The position numbers and the translations under genes are program-made. From Nitrosospira multiformis ATCC 25196 (lineage in GTDB: Bacteria; Pseudomonadota; Gammaproteobacteria; Burkholderiales; Nitrosomonadaceae), in assembly GCF_000196355.1 (NCBI RefSeq), contig NC_007614.1:360001-392000 (forward strand): a stretch of DNA of 32,000 nt, in the 5' to 3' direction. A model generated the notes under the pieces. It saw only the letters and a program-made list of their open reading frames with translations, ran no database searches and was not told where the DNA came from. Shown here piece by piece: positions 21,569 to 31,163 of this stretch; position 1 is the stretch's first letter; every line of letters begins with the position of its first letter.

Positions 21569-22261
21569 ATGTCCTCTAGTGCCGCTTTCATCGCCATCCT
21601 TACCATCATTGCCGTGGCCGCAAGCGGAGCGGCCGGATTGGTATCGGCGGACCCAGTAGAGGGGACAGGCAGCGTGAACAGCCCGGGACCGGATTGGACA
21701 GAGGCCTATCACAAAAACGGCCTTGTTATTTTTACGAAGGACATAGCGGAGGGACGGCGGGTAATCGCGGTTTCCGAAGTGGAAGTTCCCCCCGAAGCCG
21801 TTTTCAATGTTCTCGTCGACTTCGAACATTACCGCGAATTCATGCCGTACGTGAAGGAATCGGAAGTGCTCAGCCGCACCGGCGATAACGAGGTGGTGAC
21901 CTATGCCCGCATCGCACCGCCGTTCATCAGCGAGCGCGACTATCCCCTCAAGGTGCGCCTGACGCGCAAAGCGGCGGCAGGTGACACGCGAAAGGACGGC
22001 ACCTTCAAGGTCGAGTGGACTGCGCTGTCCGAAGCAAAGCCCGAGGTTGAAGGCGTGGTGCGCATCAAGCTCAACGAGGGCTCATGGGTGGGGGAGCCCC
22101 TTGATGACGGCAGGCACACGCGCCTCACTTATACATTGCTTACCGATCCGGGAGGACTCATTCCGGATTTTGTGTTCAACCTTTCGAATACCGTCGCGAT
22201 ACCTGAGCTCTTCGATGCGGTAAGGAAGCGTTCCACCGAAGCGGTTTCCGGACGGAAGTAA
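21569..22261 (+). CDS. Secreted or membrane-anchored SRPBCC/START family protein
   Basis: N-terminal hydrophobic segment, then ALFNVL-like VPPEAVFNVLVDFEHYREFMPYVKESEVLSR and YTLLTDPGGLIPDFVFNLSNTVAIPELFDAVRKR, typical of polyketide-cyclase/START-like proteins. Confidence 0.8.
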   Translation: MSSSAAFIAILTIIAVAASGAAGLVSADPVEGTGSVNSPGPDWTEAYHKNGLVIFTKDIAEGRRVIAVSEVEVPPEAVFNVLVDFEHYREFMPYVKESEVLSRTGDNEVVTYARIAPPFISERDYPLKVRLTRKAAAGDTRKDGTFKVEWTALSEAKPEVEGVVRIKLNEGSWVGEPLDDGRHTRLTYTLLTDPGGLIPDFVFNLSNTVAIPELFDAVRKRSTEAVSGRK

Positions 22262-22324
22262 TCAGGCCGATGGCACACTGTCTGTCCGTTCCCGGGGGAT
22301 TTTCCAGAGCAACAGATTACCCAT

Positions 22325-22657
22325 ATGTTTGAGCTCAAGACCTTGTTTCTCTTCCTGGCTACAGCGCTTGCCGAGATCGTTGGTTGTTATCTACCTTACC
22401 TTTGGCTTAAACGGGATGGGAGCGCCTGGCTTCTTGTTCCTGCTGCCGCAAGCCTGGCACTGTTTGCATGGCTTCTCACGCTTCATCCGACGGACGCCGG
22501 TCGTACATACGCGGCTTACGGAGGGGTTTACGTTTCCGTGGCAGTACTTTGGTTGTGGGCTGTTGACGGGGTCAGGCCGACTGCCTGGGACATGGCAGGT
22601 TCCCTTCTGGCGCTGACAGGTATGGCAATTATCATGTTTGGTCCAAGACATGCATAA
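22325..22657 (+). CDS. YnfA family small membrane protein
   Basis: [42 protein letters not shown]: YnfA/UPF0060 signature. Confidence 0.95.
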   Translation: MFELKTLFLFLATALAEIVGCYLPYLWLKRDGSAWLLVPAAASLALFAWLLTLHPTDAGRTYAAYGGVYVSVAVLWLWAVDGVRPTAWDMAGSLLALTGMAIIMFGPRHA

Positions 22658-22888
22658 TTTACATAAGCCCATGAGTGAGTTGCAATGCAATGAAGCGATG
22701 CTGCTGGATTGACGCCGTCACCTTAAACGTACAATTCCTGAGCAGAAATTTCTCATAAATATAGAGGGCTGTCTTTCCACAAAGACGAAAGTCAACAGGT
22801 TCCCGCTGAGCGCTCTGCTGACAGGGTTCTGCCAGTGGCATAATTTCAGAAATCATTGAGTAAGAAGGTTTTCGACAGGAGAAAATAG

Positions 22889-23242
22889 ATGATCACGAGA
22901 AGGATGATCGCATTGCCGGGCCTGCTGTCAGTTGTCTTGTTTGCCGGCTGTTCGGCAATTTCAACGACACCGGAGGGCAAATCCGTTGAGCTTGGCACAG
23001 AAAAGCCCGGCGGTAATTGCAAGCCCCTGGGTGATGCGGTCGGCTCCCAAGGTAACTGGATTACCGGCGATTACACTTCGAATGAAAATCTTCTCATCGG
23101 CGCTAGAAATGATCTGCGCAACAGGGCCGCCAAAATGGGTGGAAACTACGTCTGGGTGCAGAACTCCGCCAATACGAATGCATGGGGCAGCAAGGGCACG
23201 ACAAACACGACAGTGCTGGGTGTGGTTTATCGCTGCGAGTGA
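22889..23242 (+). CDS. Small lipoprotein, DUF4156-like
   Basis: Lipobox LLSVVLFAGC, followed by ENLLIGARNDLRNRAAKMGGNYVWVQ, which resembles DUF4156 lipoproteins. Confidence 0.75.
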   Translation: MITRRMIALPGLLSVVLFAGCSAISTTPEGKSVELGTEKPGGNCKPLGDAVGSQGNWITGDYTSNENLLIGARNDLRNRAAKMGGNYVWVQNSANTNAWGSKGTTNTTVLGVVYRCE

Positions 23243-23306
23243 GTCCCGCCGCCGGGTTCCGAATATCTCGACCTGAATTTACTGCCATAGGCGGAGCGCT
23301 ACGGAA

Positions 23307-23675
23307 ATGTCCAGCAAGGTTTACTATAACAGCGCATGTCCCGTCTGTAATGCGGGTATAAAAGAGCAGCGCCGCCGTATGGAAGCAGGCGGTATCAAGG
23401 ACATTCAGTGGATTGACGTGCATGCGCAGCCGGAGGCTGTTGCAGAAGTAAATGCCTCGCTGGAGGAGGTGCGCGAGCGGTTGCACGTAAAAAGACAGGA
23501 TGGCCGGATTGACGTGGGCGTGGATGCTTTCACGCAACTCTGGTCACAAACGCCGGGGCAGCACTGGCTGGCAAGGCTTTTTCGGCTGCCGCCGCTGAAA
23601 CAGCTTTCACGTCTGGCTTACAACGCCTTTGCCGGCGGGCTGTACCGGTGGAATCGTGCCAAAAAACACTGGTAG
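23307..23675 (+). CDS. DCC-family (DUF393) thiol-disulfide oxidoreductase-like protein
   Basis: VYYNSACPVCNAGI (variant of the DxxCxxC motif), IDVHAQPEAV, GRIDVGVDAFTQLW, LAYNAFA. Confidence 0.85.
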   Translation: MSSKVYYNSACPVCNAGIKEQRRRMEAGGIKDIQWIDVHAQPEAVAEVNASLEEVRERLHVKRQDGRIDVGVDAFTQLWSQTPGQHWLARLFRLPPLKQLSRLAYNAFAGGLYRWNRAKKHW

Positions 23676-23759
23676 GCACTCCCGGGCGCGAGTGACCGGG
23701 AAACAATTCCCGCAGCTATTTTCTGATCAGGAAAGTTTGGTGAAAATTCCGTTTCGCCG

Positions 23760-24803
23760 CTAATTCCCGGTTTTATCCAAGGCCCAGGTAACGTTTTCCC
23801 CCGCCCGGAATGGAATCAGGCTTTCGCCGCCAAATTCCAGCTGCGCCGGCACCCTCCAATTTTCCTTCTTCAACGTAATCTTGTCCTGATTGCGCGGTAG
23901 CTGATAGAAATCCGCACCATGAAAACTGGCAAAGGCTTCCAGTTTTTCCAGCGCGCCCGCCTGTTCGAATGCTTCCGCATACAGCTCGATCGCTGCGTGA
24001 GCAGTATAGATGCCGGCGCAGCCGCAGGCGTTTTCCTTGGCGAATTGTGCGTGGGGAGCGCTATCGGTGCCGAGGAAAAATTTCGGATTGCCGCTGGTGG
24101 CCGCTTCGATCAGCTTCTGCCGGTGGGTTTCCCGCTTGAGGATGGGCAGGCAATAGTGGTGAGGCCGAATACCCCCTTGAAAAAGGGCATTCCGGCTGAT
24201 CAGGAGGTGGTGGGCCGTGATGGTGGCGGCGACGGTTTTCGGCGCGTTGATGACGAACTCTACCGCTTCCCGTGTGGTGATATGCTCGAATACCACGCGC
24301 AATCGCGGAAAACGCTGGGTCAACGGGATCAGCATCCGTTCAAGAAAGACCTTTTCCCTGTCGAATACATCCACCTCCGGATCGGTTACCTCGCCATGCA
24401 CCAGCATGGGCATTTCCGCTTGCTCCATGGCTTCCAGAGTTTCATGGCATCTGGCAATGTCGGTGACTCCTGCCGCGGAGTTTGTGGTAGCGCCTGCGGG
24501 ATAGTATTTGATGCCGTAGATTACTCCGCTTCTTTTTGCTTCGATGATTTCCGAAGGGGAGGTGTTATCGGTCAGGTAGAGGGTCATCAGCGGCTCGAAG
24601 CGCACGCCCTGCGGCAGGGCGGCAAGAAGCCGCCCGCGATACGCCACCGCCATTTCCGTGGTGATGACGGGAGGCTTGAGGTTGGGCATGACGATTGCGC
24701 GGGCAAAACGGCGGGCAGTGTCCGCCAGCACTGCCCGCATGTGTTCGCCATCGCGGAGATGCAGGTGGAAGTCGTCCGGGCGTGTAAGTGTGAAGGTATT
24801 CAA
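23760..24803 (-). CDS. pyrC: Dihydroorotase
   Basis: [12 protein letters not shown] metal-binding motif, [41 protein letters not shown]. Length of about 347 aa matches the E. coli-type enzyme. Confidence 0.96.
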   Translation of the reverse strand: MNTFTLTRPDDFHLHLRDGEHMRAVLADTARRFARAIVMPNLKPPVITTEMAVAYRGRLLAALPQGVRFEPLMTLYLTDNTSPSEIIEAKRSGVIYGIKYYPAGATTNSAAGVTDIARCHETLEAMEQAEMPMLVHGEVTDPEVDVFDREKVFLERMLIPLTQRFPRLRVVFEHITTREAVEFVINAPKTVAATITAHHLLISRNALFQGGIRPHHYCLPILKRETHRQKLIEAATSGNPKFFLGTDSAPHAQFAKENACGCAGIYTAHAAIELYAEAFEQAGALEKLEAFASFHGADFYQLPRNQDKITLKKENWRVPAQLEFGGESLIPFRAGENVTWALDKTGN

Positions 24804-24990
24804 GATGGCTGCGGCACTGTTTTTTATTTAACTGGCACGAAAAATACCATGAGCCTCCCATTGAGGACTCAGGAGGACTCGAGCCTGCTATTCCCCGATT
24901 AATTCATCGGAAATTGCAGGAGAGGCAAGCGAAGCATCCGGCATCGCAGCAAATCTAGCTTACCCCCATCCTGCACTACTGTCTCCTGTT

Positions 24991-26169
24991 TTAGTCCTTG
25001 ATGCGGCCTAGCAATGTCTCGTTCGTGCAGGGTTTCTTTTCGGCAATCAACGCGGTTGCGGCATCCACCTGTCCCCAGGTATTCCAGAGCAGTACACCGC
25101 GTACGAGCTCGTCGCGCAGGTAATAAATCACGCCTTTGCGGAAGGGCTCTACCCAATCTTCGACAATATCGAGACTGGAATCGAGTTCACCGACTGCTTC
25201 ATAGCCCAGATCAAACAGGTCGGAATAAAAGAAGGGCTGGTGATGATAGGGCTCCAGGCTCCCTGCCATGTTCCGTCCCGCCGCTTCTCCCATCATGTTT
25301 GCGTTGTCTTCATGCTCAACCCGCATGCGCTTGTCGAGCAAGGGACTGTAGAAATTGGCGACATCGCCGGCGGCATAAATATCGGGATTGCTGGTGCGCA
25401 GGAATTCATCCACTACGATGCCGTTGTCAATCGCGAGCCCGGCCTGGACAGCCAGTTCCGTGTTGGGAAGAATACCCAGTCCTGCCACTACTCCATCGGC
25501 GGAAATCTCGGTTCCACTCCCCGTGGTAACAATTTTTTTTGTCCCATCCGTCCTGATCGAAGTGACAGTTTCGGGGGCGAGCACGATTACACCCTTTTCG
25601 CGATAGTAGGAATTCAGGAATTCGACGAGGGGCCGCGGATAAATACGCGAGCTGATTCCGTTTTCCGGAAAAATCATGGTGACCCGTTTATCATTCATGG
25701 CCAGCGCGGCAGCGATTTCCGAACCGATGAAGCCACCGCCGATCACGACAAAATCCGAACCCTGACTACTCAATTCCCGCAGCTTAAGGTAGTCGTCCGC
25801 CGTCCGGTAATAGATTATCCCGCTGTCGAAATGGGGAAAGCGGCGTACCTCGCCTCCCGTGGCAAGCAAAAGTTTTTCATAGGTATAGATGTTGCCTGCA
25901 TTATCCGTGGCCGTCTTGTTAGCGGGATCTAGGGCTACTATTTTTTTTCCGAGGTGCATGGCAACGTTCAGGCCGTGCTCGCTTCGCCAGATCGAATCAT
26001 AGGGTGAGTCCTTCCATAGCGCCTTGGAAAGGGGCGGACGGTTGTAAGGACGATGCAACTCCTCTCCAATGACGGCGATTGCGCCATCGGGGTCGATCTT
26101 ACGGATACCATGTACAGCAGAATCGGCGGTCATTCCGCCCCCGACAATAAGGTATTTATGGTGTTTCAT
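24991..26169 (-). CDS. NAD(P)/FAD-dependent oxidoreductase (ferredoxin reductase / AIF-like)
   Basis: YLIVGGGMTADSAVHGI FAD site, RPYNRPPLSK, FVVIGGGFIGSEIAAAL NAD site, NPDIYAAGDVANF. Confidence 0.9.
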   Translation of the reverse strand: MKHHKYLIVGGGMTADSAVHGIRKIDPDGAIAVIGEELHRPYNRPPLSKALWKDSPYDSIWRSEHGLNVAMHLGKKIVALDPANKTATDNAGNIYTYEKLLLATGGEVRRFPHFDSGIIYYRTADDYLKLRELSSQGSDFVVIGGGFIGSEIAAALAMNDKRVTMIFPENGISSRIYPRPLVEFLNSYYREKGVIVLAPETVTSIRTDGTKKIVTTGSGTEISADGVVAGLGILPNTELAVQAGLAIDNGIVVDEFLRTSNPDIYAAGDVANFYSPLLDKRMRVEHEDNANMMGEAAGRNMAGSLEPYHHQPFFYSDLFDLGYEAVGELDSSLDIVEDWVEPFRKGVIYYLRDELVRGVLLWNTWGQVDAATALIAEKKPCTNETLLGRIKD

Positions 26170-26432
26170 GCTGGTTTCCTTTGCAGGTATATGAAGCGCA
26201 GGTTAAAAATTGACCCGTTGTCATGTTCCGAAACCTTTTGTGTGACCTGTTGCGCGATAGAGTGCGGAACTCTGTAATAGCGAACCTATCCAATAAAATC
26301 GGAAACTTCATAAAACCTATGTAAACTTTTATCCCTTTTCAAGAGGAAAATTACCGGTGCATACGAGGATAGGCCGGCAGCAGGGGGCAAGCCCATTGCC
26401 CTATGGATCGTAGAGAGACCGTGCCTCATTAT

Positions 26433-26460
26433 TCAACAATCCTCGCGCCAGTATATAATG
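26433..26460 (+). promoter_or_regulatory. Putative sigma70-type promoter upstream of the uncharacterised gene at 26511
   Basis: TTCAAC (26433-26438), 16 bp spacer, perfect TATAAT (26455-26460). The -35 match is weak. Confidence 0.35.
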
Positions 26461-26510
26461 GGTTCCTCCATGAATTCAAAGCCAAGCTGGGCATGTCCCG
26501 AAATTGAACG

Positions 26511-27167
26511 ATGACTGAAGTGAAAACGGATTCAGAAGCAAACACGATTGATATTTGTGTACACCATGCGCGCGAGATACTGGCGTCCCAACTCCCGCAA
26601 GTTAAAGCCCAAGGGTATGATTTTGCGCCTCTTTTCCGGCAGATGACCATCCAGTTATATCTGGTGGGCGTGATGTGGCGGTGCAGCGAAAGACTCGGAG
26701 TGGCGGGAGATACGCGCGATCATGCCTTTGAAGCGATGGAATCCATGCTCATAGCCGACGGCATGAAAAAGAAAGAAGCTCAACAGCGTATCTTGTTCCT
26801 GCGTAACATGTCGCGGGTGGAAGACGGAACGGACACGCTTGCCGTATCGACCGGCTATGAAGCGGTTCCGAACGATGAGAGCATGACGCGCCTTTTCGAT
26901 GAATACCGCAACGAGGCGCGGGTATCCGGTTCGCTATGGCGGCTTTTTGAGCGCGGTAAAAAGATCATGTTTATCGGGGGCGCGGTGGCAGCCTTTGTAA
27001 CGATCTGGGCCGTGACCATCTTCCTGCCGAAAACGGAGGGAATCGACATACTGGCAGCCGGCCTTCTGGCTGCTGCGCTTGTTGTCGTCCCGACATTCCT
27101 GATCGGACTGTTGATTTATCGGACGAAGATGAAAAAATCCGCCCCTCCCCCCTCTTCGCAATCATGA
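26511..27167 (+). CDS. Hypothetical protein with two C-terminal transmembrane segments
   Basis: 218-aa ORF with soluble N-terminal part and hydrophobic stretches IMFIGGAVAAFVTIWAVTIFL and ILAAGLLAAALVVVPTFLIGLLIY. No recognised family. Confidence 0.75.
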   Translation: MTEVKTDSEANTIDICVHHAREILASQLPQVKAQGYDFAPLFRQMTIQLYLVGVMWRCSERLGVAGDTRDHAFEAMESMLIADGMKKKEAQQRILFLRNMSRVEDGTDTLAVSTGYEAVPNDESMTRLFDEYRNEARVSGSLWRLFERGKKIMFIGGAVAAFVTIWAVTIFLPKTEGIDILAAGLLAAALVVVPTFLIGLLIYRTKMKKSAPPPSSQS

Positions 27168-27356
27168 TTGGGCGAAGAGGCCCGTTTATACGGCGGGGTA
27201 CGGTTTCCAGATCAGGGTGCCGGCGAGCCAGTCTGCGTTGCACGCATATGAGTGAGTGCAGGGTTTCGCAGGATATACAGCCAGAGTGAAAGATACGAAC
27301 AGCCGGAGCATTTTACGTCATTCGCCCGTTCTCTGCCCTGCCGCGCCCGGACCATA

Positions 27357-28223
27357 ATGAGCGCGAAGATCATTGACGGCAAGAGGTTGAGCCAGGAGGT
27401 GAGGGCGGAGTGCCGGGCACGCGCAGCGCGTTTGGCGGAAAAAGGTACCCAGCCAGGACTGGCGGTGGTTATCGTGGGAGACAATCCGGCTTCCAGGGTG
27501 TATGTGCGAAACAAGGCTAAGGCCTGTGGCGAAACGGGCATCTATTCCGAAGTCCACGAATTCCCGGAAAATGCCAACCAGGATGAGGTGATTGGACGCA
27601 TTCAGGAATTGAACGGGAATCCCGGAATTCACGGCATCCTCGTTCAATTGCCTCTGCCGCGGCATTTCGACAGCAGCAGAGTCACCGAGTCTGTGGCCGT
27701 GGAAAAAGATGTGGATGGCTTCCATCTTTATAATGTAGGCGCACTTGTAACCGGTAGCAGCATTTTTCCGCCTTGCACGCCTAACGGCGTGATGAAAATG
27801 CTGGAAAAATATGATATTCCGATCGAGGGGCAGCATGCGGTAATAGTAGGCCGCAGTAATATCGTCGGTAAACCGATGGCGCTGATGCTGCTGCAAAAAG
27901 GCGCAACCGTTACCATCTGCACGTCCAGAACGCGGAATCTGGCGGAACACACCAGCCGCGCCGATATTCTGATAGTTGCTGCGGGCAAGCCGCGCCTGAT
28001 CACCGCCATGATGGTGAAACCGGGAGCGACAGTAATAGACGTCGGCATCAACCGGCTGTCTGACGGGAAGCTGGCGGGAGATGTGGACTTTGAATCGGTC
28101 AAGGAAAAGGCGGGTTACATCACGCCTGTGCCGGGGGGAGTAGGTCCGATGACCATTGCGATGCTGCTGTGCAACACCGTTGTGGCAGCCGAGCAGGCGC
28201 ACGCCCGATTACAGGGTAATTGA
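27357..28223 (+). CDS. folD: Bifunctional methylenetetrahydrofolate dehydrogenase / methenyltetrahydrofolate cyclohydrolase
   Basis: [85 protein letters not shown]. The tracked start at 27252 extends upstream; the conserved N-terminus [15 protein letters not shown] starts at 27357. Confidence 0.96.
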   Translation: MSAKIIDGKRLSQEVRAECRARAARLAEKGTQPGLAVVIVGDNPASRVYVRNKAKACGETGIYSEVHEFPENANQDEVIGRIQELNGNPGIHGILVQLPLPRHFDSSRVTESVAVEKDVDGFHLYNVGALVTGSSIFPPCTPNGVMKMLEKYDIPIEGQHAVIVGRSNIVGKPMALMLLQKGATVTICTSRTRNLAEHTSRADILIVAAGKPRLITAMMVKPGATVIDVGINRLSDGKLAGDVDFESVKEKAGYITPVPGGVGPMTIAMLLCNTVVAAEQAHARLQGN

Positions 28224-28272
28224 CAGCGCCTCTATCACATCGGGCAAGCGCCCGACAATTTCGAGACAAGAC

Positions 28273-30942
28273 ATGGAACCTATACCGGATATAGACCCGA
28301 CTGAAACCCAGGAATGGCTGGAGGCGCTGGAATCCGTGTTGACGCACGAGGGGACGGAGCGGGCGCACTATCTGCTGGAAAGACTGGTGGAAAAAGCGCG
28401 CCGGTCAGGTGCCTATCTTCCCTATAGCGCCACCACGGCTTATATCAATACCATTCCTCCGGGAAAGGAAGAGTGGTCACCGGGAAATCATGCGCTGGAG
28501 CACCGCATCCGTTCCTATGTCCGCTGGAATTCCATGGCCATGGTGTTGCGCGCCAACCGGAATTCCAATGTCGGCGGGCATATTGCCAGCTTTGCCTCGG
28601 CCGCTACGCTATATGATGTCGGCTACAACCATTTCTGGCATGCCAGGTCGGAGAATCACGGTGGCGACCTGATATTTGCACAGGGGCATTCATCGCCCGG
28701 TCTTTATGCCTATGCTTTTCTGCTGGGGGAACTGACAGAGGAGCAGCTCAATAATTTCCGGCGGGAGGTGGGGGGAAAGGGACTGTCTTCCTATCCGCAT
28801 CCATGGCTGATGCCTGACTTCTGGCAGTTCCCGACGGTATCAATGGGACTTGGGCCGCTGATGGCGATATATCATGCGCGCTTCATGAAGTATCTGGATA
28901 GCCGCGGACTGGTCAAGACGGAGGGCCGAAAAGTGTGGGCCTTCATGGGCGATGGAGAAATGGATGAACCTGAATCACTGGGGTCCATTTCGCTTGCGTC
29001 GCGCGAGAACCTGGACAACCTGATTTTTGTCATCAACTGCAACCTTCAGCGTCTCGACGGGCCGGTGCGTGGAAATGGCAAGATCATTCAGGAACTGGAA
29101 GCCGCTTTTCGCGGTTCGGGCTGGAACGTCATCAAGGTAATCTGGGGCTCATACTGGGACCCATTGCTTGCCAAAGACACGAAGGGGTTGCTGCAACAAC
29201 GCATGATGGAATGCGTGGATGGCGAATATCAGACTTTCAAGTCGAGAGACGGCGCCTATGTGCGTGAACATTTCTTCGGCAAATATCCGGAGCTGCTCGA
29301 GATGGTGGCGAATATGTCCGACGATGACATATGGCGCCTGAACCGGGGCGGACACGATCCGCATAAGGTCTATGCCGCGTATTCAGCGGCGGTGAAGCAC
29401 AAGGGCCAGCCCACCGTGATCCTCGCCAAGACGATCAAGGGTTACGGGATGGGTGAAGCGGGCGAAGCCCAGAATATCACTCATCAGCAGAAAAAGATGG
29501 GTACCACTTCACTCAAAGCGTTTCGTGACCGTTTCGGTCTGCCAATCAGCGATGATGATATCGAGTCGGTACCCTACCTGAAATTCGACAAGGATTCGCC
29601 GGAATCCATCTACATGCACCAGCGACGCGAGGCATTGGGGGGGTTCATCCATCGTCGCCAGCGTAAGGCCGAGCCCTTGCAGATACCCCCGCTGTCCGCC
29701 TTCGACACTTTGCTCAAGGCAAGCGGTGAGGGAAGGGAATCTTCCACCACCATGGCTTTTGTGCGCATCCTCAATATCCTCATAAAGGACAAGAACATCG
29801 GCAAGCGGGTCGTGCCGATTGTGGCGGACGAGTCGCGCACCTTTGGCATGGAAGGCATGTTCCGGCAACTGGGCATCTGGTCTTCCACCGGGCAGCTTTA
29901 CACGCCCGAGGATGCTGAGCAACTGATGTACTATAAGGAAGACAAGAACGGCCAGATCCTGCAGGAAGGTATCAATGAGGCGGGGGCCATGTCATCATGG
30001 ATGGCCGCGGCAACTGCCTACAGTTCTCATGGCGTGCAGATGATCCCGTTCTACATTTACTATTCGATGTTCGGCTTCCAGCGCGTGGGGGATCTTTGCT
30101 GGGCGGCGGGAGACATGCGCTGCCGCGGCTTCCTGCTGGGGGGCACTGCCGGCCGCACCACACTGAATGGCGAGGGATTGCAGCATGAGGACGGTCACAG
30201 CCATCTGGCGGCATCGACTGTTCCCAATTGCATATCCTATGACCCGACCTTTGCCTACGAACTCACGGTCATTATCCGGGATGGCCTGCGCCGCATGTGC
30301 GAAATGCAGGAGGATGTCTATTACTACATCACAGTGATGAACGAAAACTATTCGCATCCGGAAATGCCTGCAGGGGCGGAAGAAGGAATTCTGAAAGGCA
30401 TGTACCTGTTCCGTGAAGGCAAGCCGGCAGGAGAAAAGGATTCCGGGTTGCGTGTTCAATTGCTCGGGTCCGGCGCCATTCTGCGCGAGGTGATTGCTGC
30501 GGCTGAAATACTGGAGGAGGAATTCGGTGTGACGGGTGATATCTGGAGTGTAACCAGCTTTACCCAGTTGAGACGCGAAGCGCTGGCGACAACGCGCTGG
30601 AACATGCTGCACCCCACAGAACCGGCAAGGCTGTCGCACGTCGGCACGTGTCTCAAGGACCGGGAAGGTCCAGTGGTGGCGGCTACGGACTACATGAAGA
30701 TTTTTGCCGACCAGATACGTGAATTTATTCCGGGGCGATACAAGGTGCTGGGTACAGATGGATTCGGACGTTCCGATACGCGCGAGCAATTGCGCCGCTT
30801 CTTCGAGGTCGACCGCCATTACATTACGATAGCCGCTCTGAAAGCGCTGGCCGAAGATGGCAGAATCGAGGCGGAAAGGGTGGCGCAGGCCATGGGCAAA
30901 TTCGGCCTCGATCCTGATAAACCCAATCCGATGACCATATAA
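28273..30942 (+). CDS. aceE: Pyruvate dehydrogenase E1 component (homodimeric type)
   Basis: DPTETQEWLEALESV, GGHIASFASAATLYDVGYNHF, TPP-binding region FMGDGEMDEPES...NLIFVINCNLQRLDGPVRGN, YYSMFGFQRVGDLCWAAGD. Family-like start at 28273 rather than the tracked 28156, which would overlap folD. Confidence 0.97.
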   Translation: MEPIPDIDPTETQEWLEALESVLTHEGTERAHYLLERLVEKARRSGAYLPYSATTAYINTIPPGKEEWSPGNHALEHRIRSYVRWNSMAMVLRANRNSNVGGHIASFASAATLYDVGYNHFWHARSENHGGDLIFAQGHSSPGLYAYAFLLGELTEEQLNNFRREVGGKGLSSYPHPWLMPDFWQFPTVSMGLGPLMAIYHARFMKYLDSRGLVKTEGRKVWAFMGDGEMDEPESLGSISLASRENLDNLIFVINCNLQRLDGPVRGNGKIIQELEAAFRGSGWNVIKVIWGSYWDPLLAKDTKGLLQQRMMECVDGEYQTFKSRDGAYVREHFFGKYPELLEMVANMSDDDIWRLNRGGHDPHKVYAAYSAAVKHKGQPTVILAKTIKGYGMGEAGEAQNITHQQKKMGTTSLKAFRDRFGLPISDDDIESVPYLKFDKDSPESIYMHQRREALGGFIHRRQRKAEPLQIPPLSAFDTLLKASGEGRESSTTMAFVRILNILIKDKNIGKRVVPIVADESRTFGMEGMFRQLGIWSSTGQLYTPEDAEQLMYYKEDKNGQILQEGINEAGAMSSWMAAATAYSSHGVQMIPFYIYYSMFGFQRVGDLCWAAGDMRCRGFLLGGTAGRTTLNGEGLQHEDGHSHLAASTVPNCISYDPTFAYELTVIIRDGLRRMCEMQEDVYYYITVMNENYSHPEMPAGAEEGILKGMYLFREGKPAGEKDSGLRVQLLGSGAILREVIAAAEILEEEFGVTGDIWSVTSFTQLRREALATTRWNMLHPTEPARLSHVGTCLKDREGPVVAATDYMKIFADQIREFIPGRYKVLGTDGFGRSDTREQLRRFFEVDRHYITIAALKALAEDGRIEAERVAQAMGKFGLDPDKPNPMTI

Positions 30943-31163
30943 GAAGGCGGCAGTGAACTTTTGGGCGCGGAGAAGGCTAGACAACAGGACCGGAGCGCTG
31001 CGTCGTTTGACCTTGTTCTTCATTGAGCCGCCAATTGCAAATTGGAACTGGGGGAACGGCGAACTGCACTACCAGGAGTCGGAGCGCTTGAAAGGCGGGA
31101 TCCTCCTGCTGTGATCATTTCGTTGTGGAAAGCCGGGATTATCTAATACGAGAAGGAAGAGGC

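Noticed and set aside
27318-28202. 294-aa minus-strand ORF spanning folD
   Set aside because: It is completely antisense to folD, whose protein motifs are unambiguous, and the translation has no family features.
29995-31023. 342-aa minus-strand ORF opposite the 3' half of aceE
   Set aside because: It is a shadow ORF of a highly conserved enzyme. The translation shows no plausible domains, and the 5' end only incidentally includes the aceE-aceF spacer.
31031-31045. Small palindrome CCAATT-GCA-AATTGG in the aceE-aceF spacer
   Set aside because: It has only a 6-bp AT-rich stem with no T tract, so it is unlikely to be a terminator. It is too short to claim as an operator without conservation data.
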